This document shows, one piece after another, positions 13,654 through 27,118 of a stretch of DNA of 64,000 nucleotides. The notes beneath the pieces are model-generated. The model saw only the letters and a program-made list of their open reading frames with translations, had not been told where the DNA came from and did no database searches. The DNA is from Octopus bimaculoides (lineage: Eukaryota), in contig NC_068995.1 of the NCBI RefSeq assembly GCF_001194135.2, forward strand, positions 4,326,184-4,390,183. The letters run 5' to 3'. Position 1 is the first letter of the stretch; the number at the start of each line of letters is the position of its first letter. Made by a program: the position numbers and the translations under genes.

Positions 13654-15670
13654 NNNNNNNNNNNNNNNNNNNNNNNNNNNNNNNNNNNNNNNNNNNNNNN
13701 NNNNNNNNNNNNNNNNNNNNNNNNNTATATATATGCGAGTGAATGTGTGTGTAAAAGCTTTATTTTTATGCCAAGTTATGGCAAATACTATTCCATAATA
13801 AAACCATTTAACATTAAATTGAAAAATTACCGAAAAATATTTAGTATCGAACTTGTTTATTAAAGTTTAATACAATATAATTAATTCGTTACCATCACTT
13901 TTGTCATGAAGGTTTAATTAAATAAACACATACACACACGTATGTAAACCATGGTAAGAAACTCTCAAGAGAGGTCACGAGCTCTTGATAACAAGTAGTA
14001 TATATATAGATATATATGTGTGTGCGTGTTTGTATGTATGTGTGCATGTATGTATGAATGTGCGATTGTGTTATTGCTACCGTGCATACGCACAACAAAG
14101 GACTACAATTGGGTATTATTGTATGTATACATACACACATATATGCATGTGTCTACATACACACCTACATATATGTATTGTATGAGTGTTTGAGAGAGAG
14201 ACCCTGCGTGTAGGTGTGTGTGTGTGTTGGAGAGAGTGGCGTGCACCAAACTGAGGCTTTCGCTATTCATATACGCAGTACAACTTTCAGATTTATCAAT
14301 AAATTACCCGCAACGAAAACACAGATACGTTTGTTATTTTCCGTTTGCTCTGTTTTTATTGCTGCTGCCTCAAACAAGCAGATATCCACTGCCATTAATA
14401 TCATAAATATATCAACGTGTCAAGAGATATGCCACGGATATAACACATGCTAAATGGGCATAATATTTATTTCTCAAGTTTGAAACACGAAGCGAAGAAC
14501 AATGACGAATAGGATGATGGCATAATCAATTGAATCCCATCACAATATTTAAACGGCTTTTGCGATGGGACGACATACCTTCTGCATGATCACTCACTCT
14601 ACTGGAATTAATCGCAGTAACGTCTCTCAAATTGTTCTTTGGCCTCTCAAATACAATCTTTTATGTTTACACCATTTGCTGAAGATCAGTGGATTGAGGA
14701 CAGGGGTTTGTATCGATTTAATCCAGTTGAACTATTCGTTTAATATTTACGTTATTCGGCCAACCCTGCTTCAGAAGCCCTCGGGGCGACGAAACTGTTC
14801 TGCACATATTTCTATAATACTCGGACATTGCTGAATTACTGGTTGTGCTAAAAATCTGCTGTTGTTTATACGTCCGATGAAGCTCATGACAGAGAACATC
14901 ATAAATATTCCGTCAAATCTTCTTTTGGTTTTGAAGCTGATGCTGTTTCCTTCTGTTTCTTGACTAACCAAAATGGATTTGCATAATAGAAAATACTGGA
15001 GATAACGGAGAATAGCTATTTTCTCCTCGAGTGCTGTAGAACCTGACTTCTCGTGTGAGACTATGCTCATTTATCTTTTAACTTCATTTCGATTGGAAGA
15101 TGGTAGGGCGTGATATGGGGGTATTTCGTCTGTCACTTCTAGCAGTACGAGGGATCAACGGCATTAAGGAATAGGGCGATGTAAGTGAAGAAAAAAATGG
15201 TAAATGTGAAAATGTTTGTGGCCTTTGCTGCCGGCGTCACAATGTGTTCTGTTGTCCTATTCTACTGCATTGGCCGCACTATTGACTAAAGAGTGACCAT
15301 TGATGTTATAATTTATCAAACGATCAATTATTGTCGAAGATAAAAACATATGCTGTGATATCTCTTTATTATATATGAGATAATTTATCAAACAGCAGCA
15401 ATAACAAAGGGCAGAAGATATGTCATTGGCAACTGCTATATCAGCAAGCATTACATCAATTACAATAATATTAGAGCATACGTAACAGCGAACATAAAAA
15501 TCTCAAAATGAATATATTATCCTTGGAGATAATTGGATGATAATAAAAATTAAAATGTGATATTATTATTATTATCACTATTATTGTTGTTGTTATTATT
15601 ATTGTCATTATTATTGTTATTATCATTATTATTATTGTTATTATTATTATCATCATCGTCATAATCATCA

Positions 15671-15734
<64 letters not shown>

Positions 15735-15750
15735 CATTATTATTATTATT

Positions 15751-15964
15751 AAGGCGACGAGCTGGCAGAATTGTTAGCTCGCCGGATAAAATGGTTAGCG
15801 TTATGTCGTCTATCATTACGTTCTGAGTTCAAATTCAGCCGAGGTCGACTTAGTCTTTCAACCTTTTGGTGTTGATAAATTAAGTACCAGTTGTACACTG
15901 AAGTCGATGTAATCGACACATTCCCTCCTCCAAAATGACTACCCTTGTGGCAACATTTGAAACC
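15751..15964 (+). mobile_element. SINE family A, full length, flanked by (ATT)n on both sides
   Basis: AAGGCGACGAGCTGGCAGAATTGTTAGC (A-box-like)...GTTCTGAGTTCAAATTC (B-box-like)...ACATTTGAAACC, then ATTATT. Confidence 0.9.
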
Positions 15965-15989
15965 ATTATTATTAATATTATTATTATTG

Positions 15990-16155
15990 AGTGAGAGAGC
16001 AGTGCATGCCATCAATGTGACACTGGGGTAAAATATACGAAGTACAATATACCCCATCATGACTACCCGTCTGATAAGGGTACACCAGGCACATGCATCA
16101 CAACCATATGTGCGCGGCATGGTGATCTTATATCAAAATAAACAGAGCATGTCAA
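15990..16155 (-). mobile_element. Probable 3' UTR fragment of a non-LTR retrotransposon ending in (AAT)n
   Basis: Non-simple, GC-richer segment whose minus strand ends ...GCACTGCTCTCTCACTC followed by AATAATAAT. It resembles a remembered octopus LINE 3' UTR. No second copy in the window, so not verifiable here. Confidence 0.5.
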
Positions 16156-16764
16156 TTAACTGTGGGGTCTCGTTATCATTAACAATGATACACGTATTCT
16201 GGAGGAAGGAGACCAGAATCTCAGAACGAGTAGTTTGTTAAAATTTGTAATTTCAATTTTGAAACAATTTTAACGGAATCAAATATTTTCAGGTAGACAA
16301 CCGTTTTCTTAGGATGTGGGAGTACCATTGAAAGCTATTACTACCATCATCATCATCATCATCATCATCACCACCACCATCGTCTTTGTTTCAGTTGTGT
16401 TTTCATCAATCGTTTTTGTTAATTCTAATTGTTCTCCTACTTCCTCTTCAATCTCTTCACCTACTTCTTCCTCTTCAAGTCCATTTCCAATTTCTCTCAT
16501 CTCCTCAATTTCAGTTTCACTTAAACGTTTATTAGTTATAATTGCTCTAACCTGACCAGCTAACCTTTGTCTAATGGCCTTAAAAACGACCGATTGCCTT
16601 CCATATTCGCTTCTTTTATTTTTCTAAAACCTCTTCAATTTCGATCACTTCTAATAAAACACCCTGACAATATTATAAACCTCATTTTTGTTCATTTTCT
16701 CTAAAGTTCATTGTGGCCAGTTGCTTCATGACAACCAGAAAGATCCTGTCCAGCCTCTTCATAC

Positions 16765-16969
16765 CTGCCAGATGAAGATCTTTACTGTCATTGGCTCCAG
16801 CCCCATTTCCGGCATTAGTTGTTTCAGCTGTATTCATCATTTTCATGCGTATCCTTCTTTGGTAAAGTTTCACCTTTCCTTCGCAGTTTATATTTTCGAA
16901 ACAATGAATTGTCAGTTGTTAAATTGTTCGTAGATTCTTTCGTACAATTTCTGATGTAGCCTAGCAAAC
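16765..16969 (-). CDS. Candidate exon, unidentified
   Basis: Acceptor TTTACATACAG at 16970 and donor CAG|GTATGA at 16764. A phase-1 reading gives (G)LLGYIRNC...DTHENDEYS* (stop 16824-16826); an alternative frame gives MKMMNTAETTNAGNGAGANDSKDLHLA into the donor. Confidence 0.25.
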
Positions 16970-17854
16970 CTGTATGTAAAACCTAAAATACATAATAAAT
17001 CCCATTAATACATAATATGATATAATTGTAAACTATATACTCGTATGCAAAGAGATAATATGGATTTCAGACAACACATCACTGCTGATGTTATTTAGGT
17101 ATGCTCCAGTTTATATATTTTCTGTAATGTTCAACAGCGACACAGGGATGTCTTTTTGTTAACGGCATTATATTTTAATAACATTCATGCATTATGTATT
17201 GTTTAAGTGTATCTCTAAAGCCTTTCTATAAAATTCAGAGCCAGCCCTGAAAGTTATACAAATACGTTTATGTGATCATTACAACCAAAGATTAAAAAAA
17301 AAACAGATAGGTATGTGTACATGAATATTTCAAAAGTTACTGTTCTTTTTTCACCACCACATCCTACCTATTAACTATCTACGAATACATTGCTTATGCA
17401 TTATATATATATATATATATNNNNNNNNNNNNNNNNNNNNNNNNNNNNNNNNNNNNNNNNNNNNNNNNNNNNNNNNNNNNNNNNNNNNNNNNNNNNNNNN
17501 NNNNNNNNNNNNNNNNNNNNNNNNNNNNNNNNNNNNNNNNNNNNNNNNNNNNNNNNNNNNNNNNNNNNNNNNNNNNNNNNNNNNNNNNNNNNNNNNNNNN
17601 NNNNNNNNNNNNNNNNNNNNNNNNNNNNNNNNNNNNNNNNNNNNNNNNNNNNNNNNNNNNNNNNNNNNNNNNNNNNNNNNNNNNNNNNNNNNNNNNNNNN
17701 NNNNNNNNNNNNNNNNNNNNNNNNNNNNNNNNNNNNNNNNNNNNNNNNNNNNNNNNNNNNNNNNNNNNNNNNNNNNNNNNNNNNNNNNNNNNNNNNNNNN
17801 NNNNNNNNNNNNNNNNNNNNNNNNNNNNNNNNNNNNNNNNNNNNNNNNNNNNNN

Positions 17855-17891
<37 letters not shown>

Positions 17892-17924
17892 GTGTGTGTA
17901 CGTGTGCGTGTATATGTGTATGTG

Positions 17925-17955
<31 letters not shown>

Positions 17956-18696
17956 ACCTTCATTATTACCTTATTTATTTTGAACAATCATCTATTATTT
18001 ATCAATCTCGTTTTCTTATTCTTATCAATCATTTCTATATACTGCAATCAATTTCCAATTTTCCGTTTTTTGTTTCTCACCAAATATAATATAATTAATG
18101 AACGTCTAATTAGCTTGTACTGATGAGACACATTTATGTCAAAACATTTATACGTACGAGTATTGACAATGTTACGGGAACGAAATTAAGTATTCAGAAA
18201 AATATATAACGCACGTTGTTTAATGAACGAAAGAAAATTTATATTACCAACTCTCCCCTCCCTTACCCAAGAGACTAAGCAACCTGCTACAATAGTTATT
18301 CATATATCCACACATACATATATTCATGCTTATGTGTTTTGTATGCATATACATATATATATGAGAGGTATTGCTATCCAGAAGACGCAAGGTGGTAGGT
18401 AACACTATGTAAGAGCTATGGAAGGACGTAGTTAAACTCTCGGTTCGATAACGATACAAGTGAGGATTCTAATACGGGTCTTGTATCAGCATGCATATGT
18501 TAAATAAAATCAGATAACAAAGCCAAGGATGTGTGGAATTTTCGGGACATTTATAAAGAGAAAGTCAGTCTTAGCGCTGTTTCTGGGATATTAGCAATAT
18601 CCCTTCATCAGAGACGATGTGAGATAGTTAAATAGAGGGAAATATTAGAGTTCAATATAAGGAGCTATTTTGGAAAAGGAGGGAAATAAGGAGTTT

Positions 18697-18753
<57 letters not shown>

Positions 18754-18915
18754 CAGATAGACAGACAGACAGACAGACAGACTGACAGACAGATAGATAG
18801 AGAGATAGATATGCAGTTTTTATTTATATGAGTATCTGACAATAAAGTCACTTACATAGACACACACACGCTTGTGTGTGTGCGTGTGTGTGTGTGTATG
18901 AACTATATTCGTATA

Positions 18916-18949
<34 letters not shown>

Positions 18950-20234
18950 CTCATATATGAATATGTATATATATATATGTATATATATATATGTACAAGG
19001 ATGTAGATGTACACATTCAAGCACACATAAAGTCATACATACATGCACACACACATATATACATACATACATATATACATATATACGTACACACATATAC
19101 ATACATACATACATACATACATACATACATACATACATACATACATGCTGATATACACATATACTCAATCATACCATTATTTTGAATTAACACATGAGAC
19201 AGATGTTAAAGAAAATTGACAATCACCTAAGAGCAATCATAATAATTGTCTACATTCTTAGACGGGTGAAAACTACAATACAACGTTTGTAATCACTTAT
19301 CTTGCAAAGAGTTGCGACATGTCCTTAGGATTGAAGTTAAAATAAATACCAGTATTGCGAATTTATTATCGATCTCCAGCAGTTCTGTGGTTCTTTTATG
19401 TCAAAACTATTATCAATATTTCAAAATCTATGGTGGCACCTGAGGACCCAATCTGATTTTCCGTTAACATCGTTGAACTTCCAAATTATTTAGAGGTAGA
19501 TGTGGAAATAAAGATGGCGGCTTTCGCACGCAATTTCAGATATATTCAGGCTGGATATGTTCTTCGTTATGTGTGGATATTTACGTGTATCTGAGGGTGG
19601 GGAGGGAGTGCAGTCCGAGCGTGTATGAGTGTGTGGGTGCGTATGTATGTGTGTGTGTAAGTGTGTACGTGTGTGTGCATGGGCGCATGTGTATATGTGT
19701 GTGTGTGTGTGAGTCTGAGTTTTATGAGAGTTTGTCTGAATATGTGAGCGAGGGTATGTGTGTATGAGCGTGTGTGAGAGAGCCTGTGTGAGTGTGTGTG
19801 TGCGTGTGTGTGCGTGTGTGAGTGAGTGTGTATCTCTGTTTACATCCTGATTGGATTATTGGTGTATCTTCGGACCTCAAGCAATGAAAGAAAGAATAAA
19901 TAACAAAAAGGGTACTTTTTTCTTTAGTCTACCACAACCTAATATATTTAGTTACGTATATTATATATATATACATACACATATGCATATATATATATGT
20001 GTGTGTGCGTGTGTGTGTGTGTACATATATACATATAAATATAGTCATATTTGTGTTGCCCCAGATACGAGATTAATCAGTAGCCATACAGGAATCTTTC
20101 TCTGTGAAAGTAAGTTCACTTCTAATTTTGATCTTTTTAGTCTAGGTACAACCTCGCTGCTCCAGTACCGACGGCCATGTAGATGAACGTGTATTTTTGG
20201 TAATTGAATTTATAAATACATCAACAGCGGCCCA

Positions 20235-20400
20235 GAGATAGCTGTATCGGCCTTCGCCCTTTCCTTGGATAACATCGGTGGCGTGGAGAAGGAAGGCTTA
20301 GTATACCTGCGGTAGTGCCTCGGAGGGGAACCTCCAGGTGCAATCCCATAGTCATTCATGACCGGACGAGGTGTTCCTGTCCTTTCCTTTCTTTTCCCTT
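20235..20400 (+). mobile_element. SINE family C 3' part
   Basis: AGCTGTATCGGCCTTCGCCCTTTCCTTGGATAACATCGGTGGCGT...GGTGCAATCCCATAGTCATTCATGACCG aligns with 36115-36245. Confidence 0.75.
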
Positions 20401-20945
20401 TCCTACTTGCATCATAGCAGACACCGTATCCAATGGCTTGACATGTTCATACTATTATTGTAGTTTGATATCACATCGGAGGTGAGAAGCCTTCAGCGTA
20501 TATTGTGTATGTTAGTTATTTTGTTATAGTTCATAATCATGAGGAGTATCAGGTACTATATAGTTACTGTACCTGTCAGAAATAGCAGCTAAAAACCCTT
20601 CAAATTACTGTCTTCGGTTCTCAACATGAAAATGGCTATTAGACAAAATTGTCTTACAAAAACTTTAGAATGAAGGGTTGGTCAGCGTTTGGATTGCATT
20701 TATTTTGATTTTATGTTTGCTCGATCAACGTCGACCGAAGCCTAAACAACATAATAACTGAACTATGGACACGCATGTAACTTTGTAGATCTGTCTAACC
20801 TCACAGGATATAACAAATAATCAATCATTAAAATGCATTGGGCAAAGACAGGAGAAAATAAAGTTCCATACTGTTTTTCCCATAATTTCTTTTTTTGTTT
20901 TTCCTTACACACTCCTCGATCAATCACAACCTAATTTATTTTGTA

Positions 20946-21016
<71 letters not shown>

Positions 21017-21114
21017 TATATATATATATGCATATATAGATATATACATATATATATATATACATACACACCATATATATATTTATNNNNNNNNNNNNNN
21101 NNNNNNNNNNNNNN

Positions 21115-21161
<47 letters not shown>

Positions 21162-22171
21162 CTATGTATGTGTGCATCTATATATGTAAATATGGAACAG
21201 GTATTATTGAAATATTGGAAACAGTGAAAAGCGCGTAACACAACACGTAAACAACACAAAAGCTACATCTCTAAACGTTTGTGTCATCGTTTTAATAGCA
21301 TATTTTAATATAATTAATATTCTTTTAGTGGAAGGAAATCTTCATGTACTGTGACAATATAACGAAATTTTACAAAACCTCGCTTGTAGATATATATATA
21401 TAAGTAAATGTGTGTGCATATGAATATAGTGGACGTTTTGATATTTGACGTTTTGACATTCTTGTGTCTGATAACCCAAGAGCTATCTCTTTTGTTCACT
21501 GACTTAGGCACCTAATTGAAACGAACGATTCTATAAATAGCGTTCATTTTGTGGTTGAACAACGTTCAATTATGCAACTTTTGATCTGCCTACTAGCGTT
21601 ATTCAGTCTTTAGAAATCTGTGTGTTAAGTTTGTTTACCATTTTGTGTTTTCTTGTGATGGTTTTTGTCTTCAGAAATCTTTGAATGTAAAAGAAAAAAC
21701 AAAACAAAAAAAAATTAAACATCGTAACGTTTGTTGAACCGTTTCAAACAAAAATAAATATTAGAAATAGATTAAAATTTTGCGACCATGCTAAACAAAC
21801 GTACCACTCTCATATACTCACATACACGCAAATACACAGAAACACGCATACGCGCACGCGCGCAAATTCACACATACATTCACGTACATATATACACACG
21901 CACACGTAAACTTATAGATTCACACATAGACACACACGCGTATATATATGTATAGGGAGAGAGAGCGAGAGAGTGTGTGTGTCACACACAGGTGCATACA
22001 TATGTATTATAAAATAAAATACATAGACATATATGCAAATACATACAAATGCACATACGTACATACACACACACAATCTATTTATGAATAGATATGAAAG
22101 CACATTTATATACAGATCATTCATACTAAAACAGGCACACACATGTGCATATGTGTATATATGTATGTATG

Positions 22172-22208
<37 letters not shown>

Positions 22209-22973
22209 NNNNNNNNNNNNNNNNNNNNNNNNNNNNNNNNNNNNNNNNNNNNNNNNNNNNNNNNNNNNNNNNNNNNNNNNNNNNNNNNNNNNNNNNNNNN
22301 NNNNNNNNNNNNNNNNNNNNNNNNNNNNNNNNNNNNNNNNNNNNNNNNNNNNNNNNNNNNNNNNNNNNNNNNNNNNNNNNNNNNNNNNNNNNNNNNNNNN
22401 NNNNNNNNNNNNNNNNNNNNNNNNNNNNNNNNNNNNNNNNNNNNNNNNNNNNNNNNNNNNNNNNNNNNNNNNNNNNNNNNNNNNNNNNNNNNNNNNNNNN
22501 NNNNNNNNNNNNNNNNNNNNNNNNNNNNNNNNNNNNNNNNNNNNNNNNNNNNNNNNNNNNNNNNNNNNNNNNNNNNNNNNNNNNNNNNNNNNNNNNNNNN
22601 NNNNNNNNNNNNNNNNNNNNNNNNNNNNNNNNNNNNNNNNNNNNNNNNNNNNNNNNNNNNNNNNNNNNNNNNNNNNNNNNNNNNNNNNNNNNNNNNNNNN
22701 NNNNNNNNNNNNNNNNNNNNNNNNNNNNNNNNNNNNNNNNNNNNNNNNNNNNNNNNNNNNNNNNNNNNNNNNNNNNNNNNNNNNNNNNNNNNNNNNNNNN
22801 NNNNNNNNNNNNNNNNNNNNNNNNNNNNNNNNNNNNNNNNNNNNNNNNNNNNNNNNNNNNNNNNNNNNNNNNNNNNNNNNNNNNNNNNNNNNNNNNNNNN
22901 NNNNNNNNNNNNNNNNNNNNNNNNNNNNNNNNNNNNNNNNNNNNNNNNNNNNNNNNNNNNNNNNNNNNNNNNN

Positions 22974-23126
22974 TTCCAGTTTCCGTTCACCAAATCCACT
23001 CACAAGGCTTTGGTCGGTCCGGTGCCATAGAAGAAGACACTTGCCCAAGGTGCCACGCAGTGGAAAAGAACTCGAGACCATGTTGTTGGTAAGCAAGCTA
23101 CTTACCACACACCCACTCCTGCGCCT
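22974..23126 (-). mobile_element. SINE family B 5' half
   Basis: Reverse complement reads AGGCGCAGGAGTGGGTGTGTGGTAAGTAGCTTGCTTACCAAC...CACCTTGGGCAAGTGTCTTC...GGATTTGGTGAACGGAAACTG. The rest is lost in the N-gap. Confidence 0.85.
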
Positions 23127-24067
23127 ATATATATACATTTGTCTGTCAAAGGTTTCTGCATTTTATGTTCTATGTAATTGGTAGGTATATCTTGTTCTTG
23201 GATTATATGAACACAAACTTCAGAGTGGGATGTCATGAATTTGTCGGTACTCCATGTGAGGCTTTTGACGTCCTCAATTTCTTCTATGGTTTGGTGTTTT
23301 CCGTTCCAAGCACCAATGTACTATCGTCTCAGGGAACCGGTTCATTTTCAGTTGTTCTGATAATTAAACTTTACGAATGAATGTATGTGTGTGTGTATAT
23401 ATGTGCGTATGTATGTACGTATGTTCGTATGTGCGTGTGTCTCCACACCACTTGACATTGTATTGTTTCCTTTACCTCATCATAACCAAGCGATTCGGCA
23501 AAAGACAGTGACAGAAAAAATGCCATAATAAAAAACCAAAATAAAAAGAGTTGTCAGGTCGATTTGTACGGCAAAACTCTTGAAAGCGGACCCAGGTTGG
23601 TTGCCGTTCAATGGCTGCACTAAAAACATAAATGAACAGATATGACTCCACACTCACACACACACACAAACACACAGGCAAACACACACAAACATATACA
23701 GACACACGTATATATGATATTTTGTATGTTGATCGAGTTTGTCGGTTGTCGACCAAATCGACCAAGGTTCCACCTAGGTTACGCCTATGTGCAGCTTGGA
23801 GTAGCAAGAGGCTGATGCAACCCAAATAAAAATGTTATTGATATCTACCATGGTATTGAGTACATTTTTTCGGACAGTTAATACTAAACAAATCCAGACA
23901 TATACATACATACATACATACATATATACATACATATATATATATATATATATGTGTGTGTGTATGTATCTGTATACATGTATATATATATATATATTTT
24001 TATATATGTATAGATACGTATGTATATATTTTTGTTATATATACACACACACACACATATATATATA

Positions 24068-24101
<34 letters not shown>

Positions 24102-24416
24102 NNNNNNNNNNNNNNNNNNNNNNNNNNNNNNNNNNNNNTGTATACGTATTTCTTCAATGTGTAAAAATAACACGGAAAAAATAAATATTTACATATATGC
24201 ATATGTGTGTGTGTGTGTATATATATATATATGTATGTATGTATATATATAAATGTATACGTATTTCTTCAATGTGTAAAAATAACACGGAAAAAATAAA
24301 TATTTACATATATGCATATGTGTGTGTGTGTGTATATATATATATATGTATGTATGTATTGATATGTATATATTTATATACGCACACACACATACATATG
24401 TGGATGTGCGCGTGCT

Positions 24417-24453
<37 letters not shown>

Positions 24454-24992
24454 ACTCAGTTATATGGATTTGCTTTTCGATTGAGAATCCTAACTAATTT
24501 CTGAAGAAGAAAACACTACACTACACTTATCTAAAGGGGACGTGTTTAAGTAGCGTGTTATTTACAACAGAACACTTTCCCTAATTCACGAATGACTAAA
24601 TCTTTTCAGTTAAGATAAAAATGAATTTCATTTTCATCTAAGCAACAGTAAATTTGCAGTTTTGATCTATAAAATATATATTATCCCTTATCAAGTGGTC
24701 TTATAATCTTATAATCTGTGTCATGAGAGGGGAAGCTAAATGTTTACTGGAGGGAAAACGAATGTGATATAGGTGGATAACACGTCATATAAATTGTAAA
24801 GTTTGGTATTTTAAAAATCGACTTTAAGTAAATGATATAATCAGAGGAAGTATATGTCTTTTTTTGTCTCATTCTTTCTCTTAATCCCTTAATACGTAAA
24901 CGCATATATATAAATACACATACAAACATACATACATACATATATACATTAAAATAGGAAAATAAAATTTTACATATGTGCAGATGTAAGGA

Positions 24993-25140
24993 AGGCACAT
25001 GGCTTAGTGGTTAGGGTGTTCGGCTCAAGATCGTAAGGCCGTGAGTTCGACTCCCCGGGGTTCGATGTGGTTTTCAGCAAGATACTTTATTTCGCGATCA
25101 TAAGGCCGTGAATTCGATTCCCGTTGGCGCGATGTGGCCT
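24993..25140 (+). mobile_element. SINE family C tRNA-like head with an internal partial duplication
   Basis: A-box TGGCTTAGTGG at 25000-25010 and B-box GAGTTCGACTCC at 25043-25054. Positions 25094-25138 re-copy 25029-25072. Confidence 0.75.
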
Positions 25141-25170
25141 TCAGTTATTAGATCATCTGAAGATAGACAT

Positions 25171-25219
<49 letters not shown>

Positions 25220-25402
25220 CTGCGGATGGATTGATCGATCGATGGCTTCATAGACAGATAGATTTCGAGCGACTGACGTTACTGTACAGTGCACGACAGT
25301 GGGGCTAAATCTGTGTCTACAGATACATGTAGAGATGCATGTACGTAAATATGTGTGTATGTGTGTGAGTTTGTGTTTGTGTTTGTGTGCGTGTGCGTGT
25401 TC

Positions 25403-25438
<36 letters not shown>

Positions 25439-25713
25439 AGGGCTTCATACAGAAATATTTATTGAAAATGATATATCGATTGCGAATATGCTATAAGCTG
25501 CTTCCGTTTACGTTTATTCACGTGCATACACGTGTGTGGATGTAGGAATGTCTATGTATATATATATATATATATATATTACATACATATATACATATAT
25601 ACATATATATATTTATATACTATATATGTACATATGTATACACACATGTATATATATATGTATATATATAAAAATATATATATGTATATATGTATATACG
25701 TATGTGTGTATAT

Positions 25714-25756
<43 letters not shown>

Positions 25757-26312
25757 TATACTTGTATACACACATACATACATACACAGACACAAAAACG
25801 CACACACACATAGATACAATTTTCATTACACGCTCAAGAATACAAAGTCAATTTCCTCTTTTTCCTTTCACAGTTCAGCGAAGTATATTTTACGTCTTAC
25901 ACCTGGTTGAAAATCTTAAAATTCCTCTTTCAATTGTCACCATTGTGTGAGGTTTCTAACAATAAAGCTGATACAATGCTTCAAAGCGATCAATTGGATT
26001 TTACTTAATGTTTCAATTTTAATTTTAAAATTCGACTGATCAGCTTTAATGATCCAGAAGTAAAGAATTACAATTTTACAGGAAACGATGGACTGAATCA
26101 AATAGCAAGTTTGAAAACTAAAATTATTATGGATGGAGGCGGAATTATGGGCGAATGAATTATTTCCGTTTCCTGTGTATGATTCTATAATTTCATTTGA
26201 AATGTTTCTTGTTTCGACCATCTTACTGCTATAAAATCTAATAGCTTTAATTGTTTTTTAAATAAGATACTATATTGTAATGTAGTATCAGAAATTTGAA
26301 TATATAGTTCTA

Positions 26313-26367
<55 letters not shown>

Positions 26368-26904
26368 TTCATTGGCTACGTTGAAATTAATCTTCTCTCT
26401 TCGCTCCTTTACGTAACATGGGCTCAACACCCCTCCCCTCTTCATATGACTCCCCTCCCCTCTTCATATGACTCCCCTCGTCTCTCCTCTGTTCGTCTCA
26501 CACCTTCTTCCTCTCTTCNNNNNNNNNNNNNNNNNNNNNNNNNNNNNNNNNNNNNNNNNNNNNNNNNNNNNNNNNNNNNNNNNNNNNNNNNNNNNNNNNN
26601 NNNNNNNNNNNNNNNNNNNNNNNNNNNNNNNNNNNNNNNNNNNNNNNNNNNNNNNNNNNNNNNNNNNNNNNNNNNNNNTATTATCTCCCCTTCTTCTTCC
26701 CCGTCCAGCCATCACCATGATCGACCGCTCGCCACTAAAGCTTTTTTAGTCTCTCTCTCTTTATTTTCTCGTGTTCCTTTCTGTCTAAGAGCGTAGGCTC
26801 GAAACGTAAAAGACTTTCTCACTTTCCGAGCTTTAAACTAATACACCCGTTTGTTTTTTATAAATTCCAACTATATATATATGTATGTATGTATGTATGT
26901 ATTT

Positions 26905-27118
26905 GTGTGTTTGTGTTTGTGCCCCCCCCCCCAACCATTTCCTCACAACCGATATTGGTGTGTTTAAGCCCCTGTAACCTAGTAGTTCGGCAAATGATAC
27001 CGATAAAATGAGTACTACGCTTGCAAAGAATAAGTCCTTGTGTCAATTTGTTTGACTAATATCGGTACTGCAGCATGGCCACAATGAAATGACTGAAACA
27101 AATAAAAGAATAAAAGAA
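26905..27118 (+). mobile_element. SINE family B 3' half with AAAGAAT-type tail
   Basis: ACAACCGATATTGGTGTGTTT...GTTCGGCAAA...CAAAGAATAAGTCC...CAGCATGGCC..ATGACTGAAACAAATAAAAGAATAAAAGAAT. Reverse matches occur at 33920-34062 and 56045-56110. Linking this half to the family B head relies partly on remembered consensus. Confidence 0.75.

Noticed and set aside
14771-15070. 99-aa minus ORF (MSIVSHEK...RPEGF)
   Set aside because: No recognisable domain and no convincing splice sites. The nearby AAG|GTATGT donor at 14578 lacks a good upstream acceptor in an open frame. Cannot be excluded without BLAST.
19511-19521. YY1-type AAGATGGCGGC motif / possible start codon
   Set aside because: The following frame stops after 26 codons, with no donor or promoter context. 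A single motif is not enough.
24993-25070. tRNA gene
   Set aside because: A and B boxes are present but no clean cloverleaf or acceptor stem is evident, and the sequence continues into a SINE body shared with other copies.
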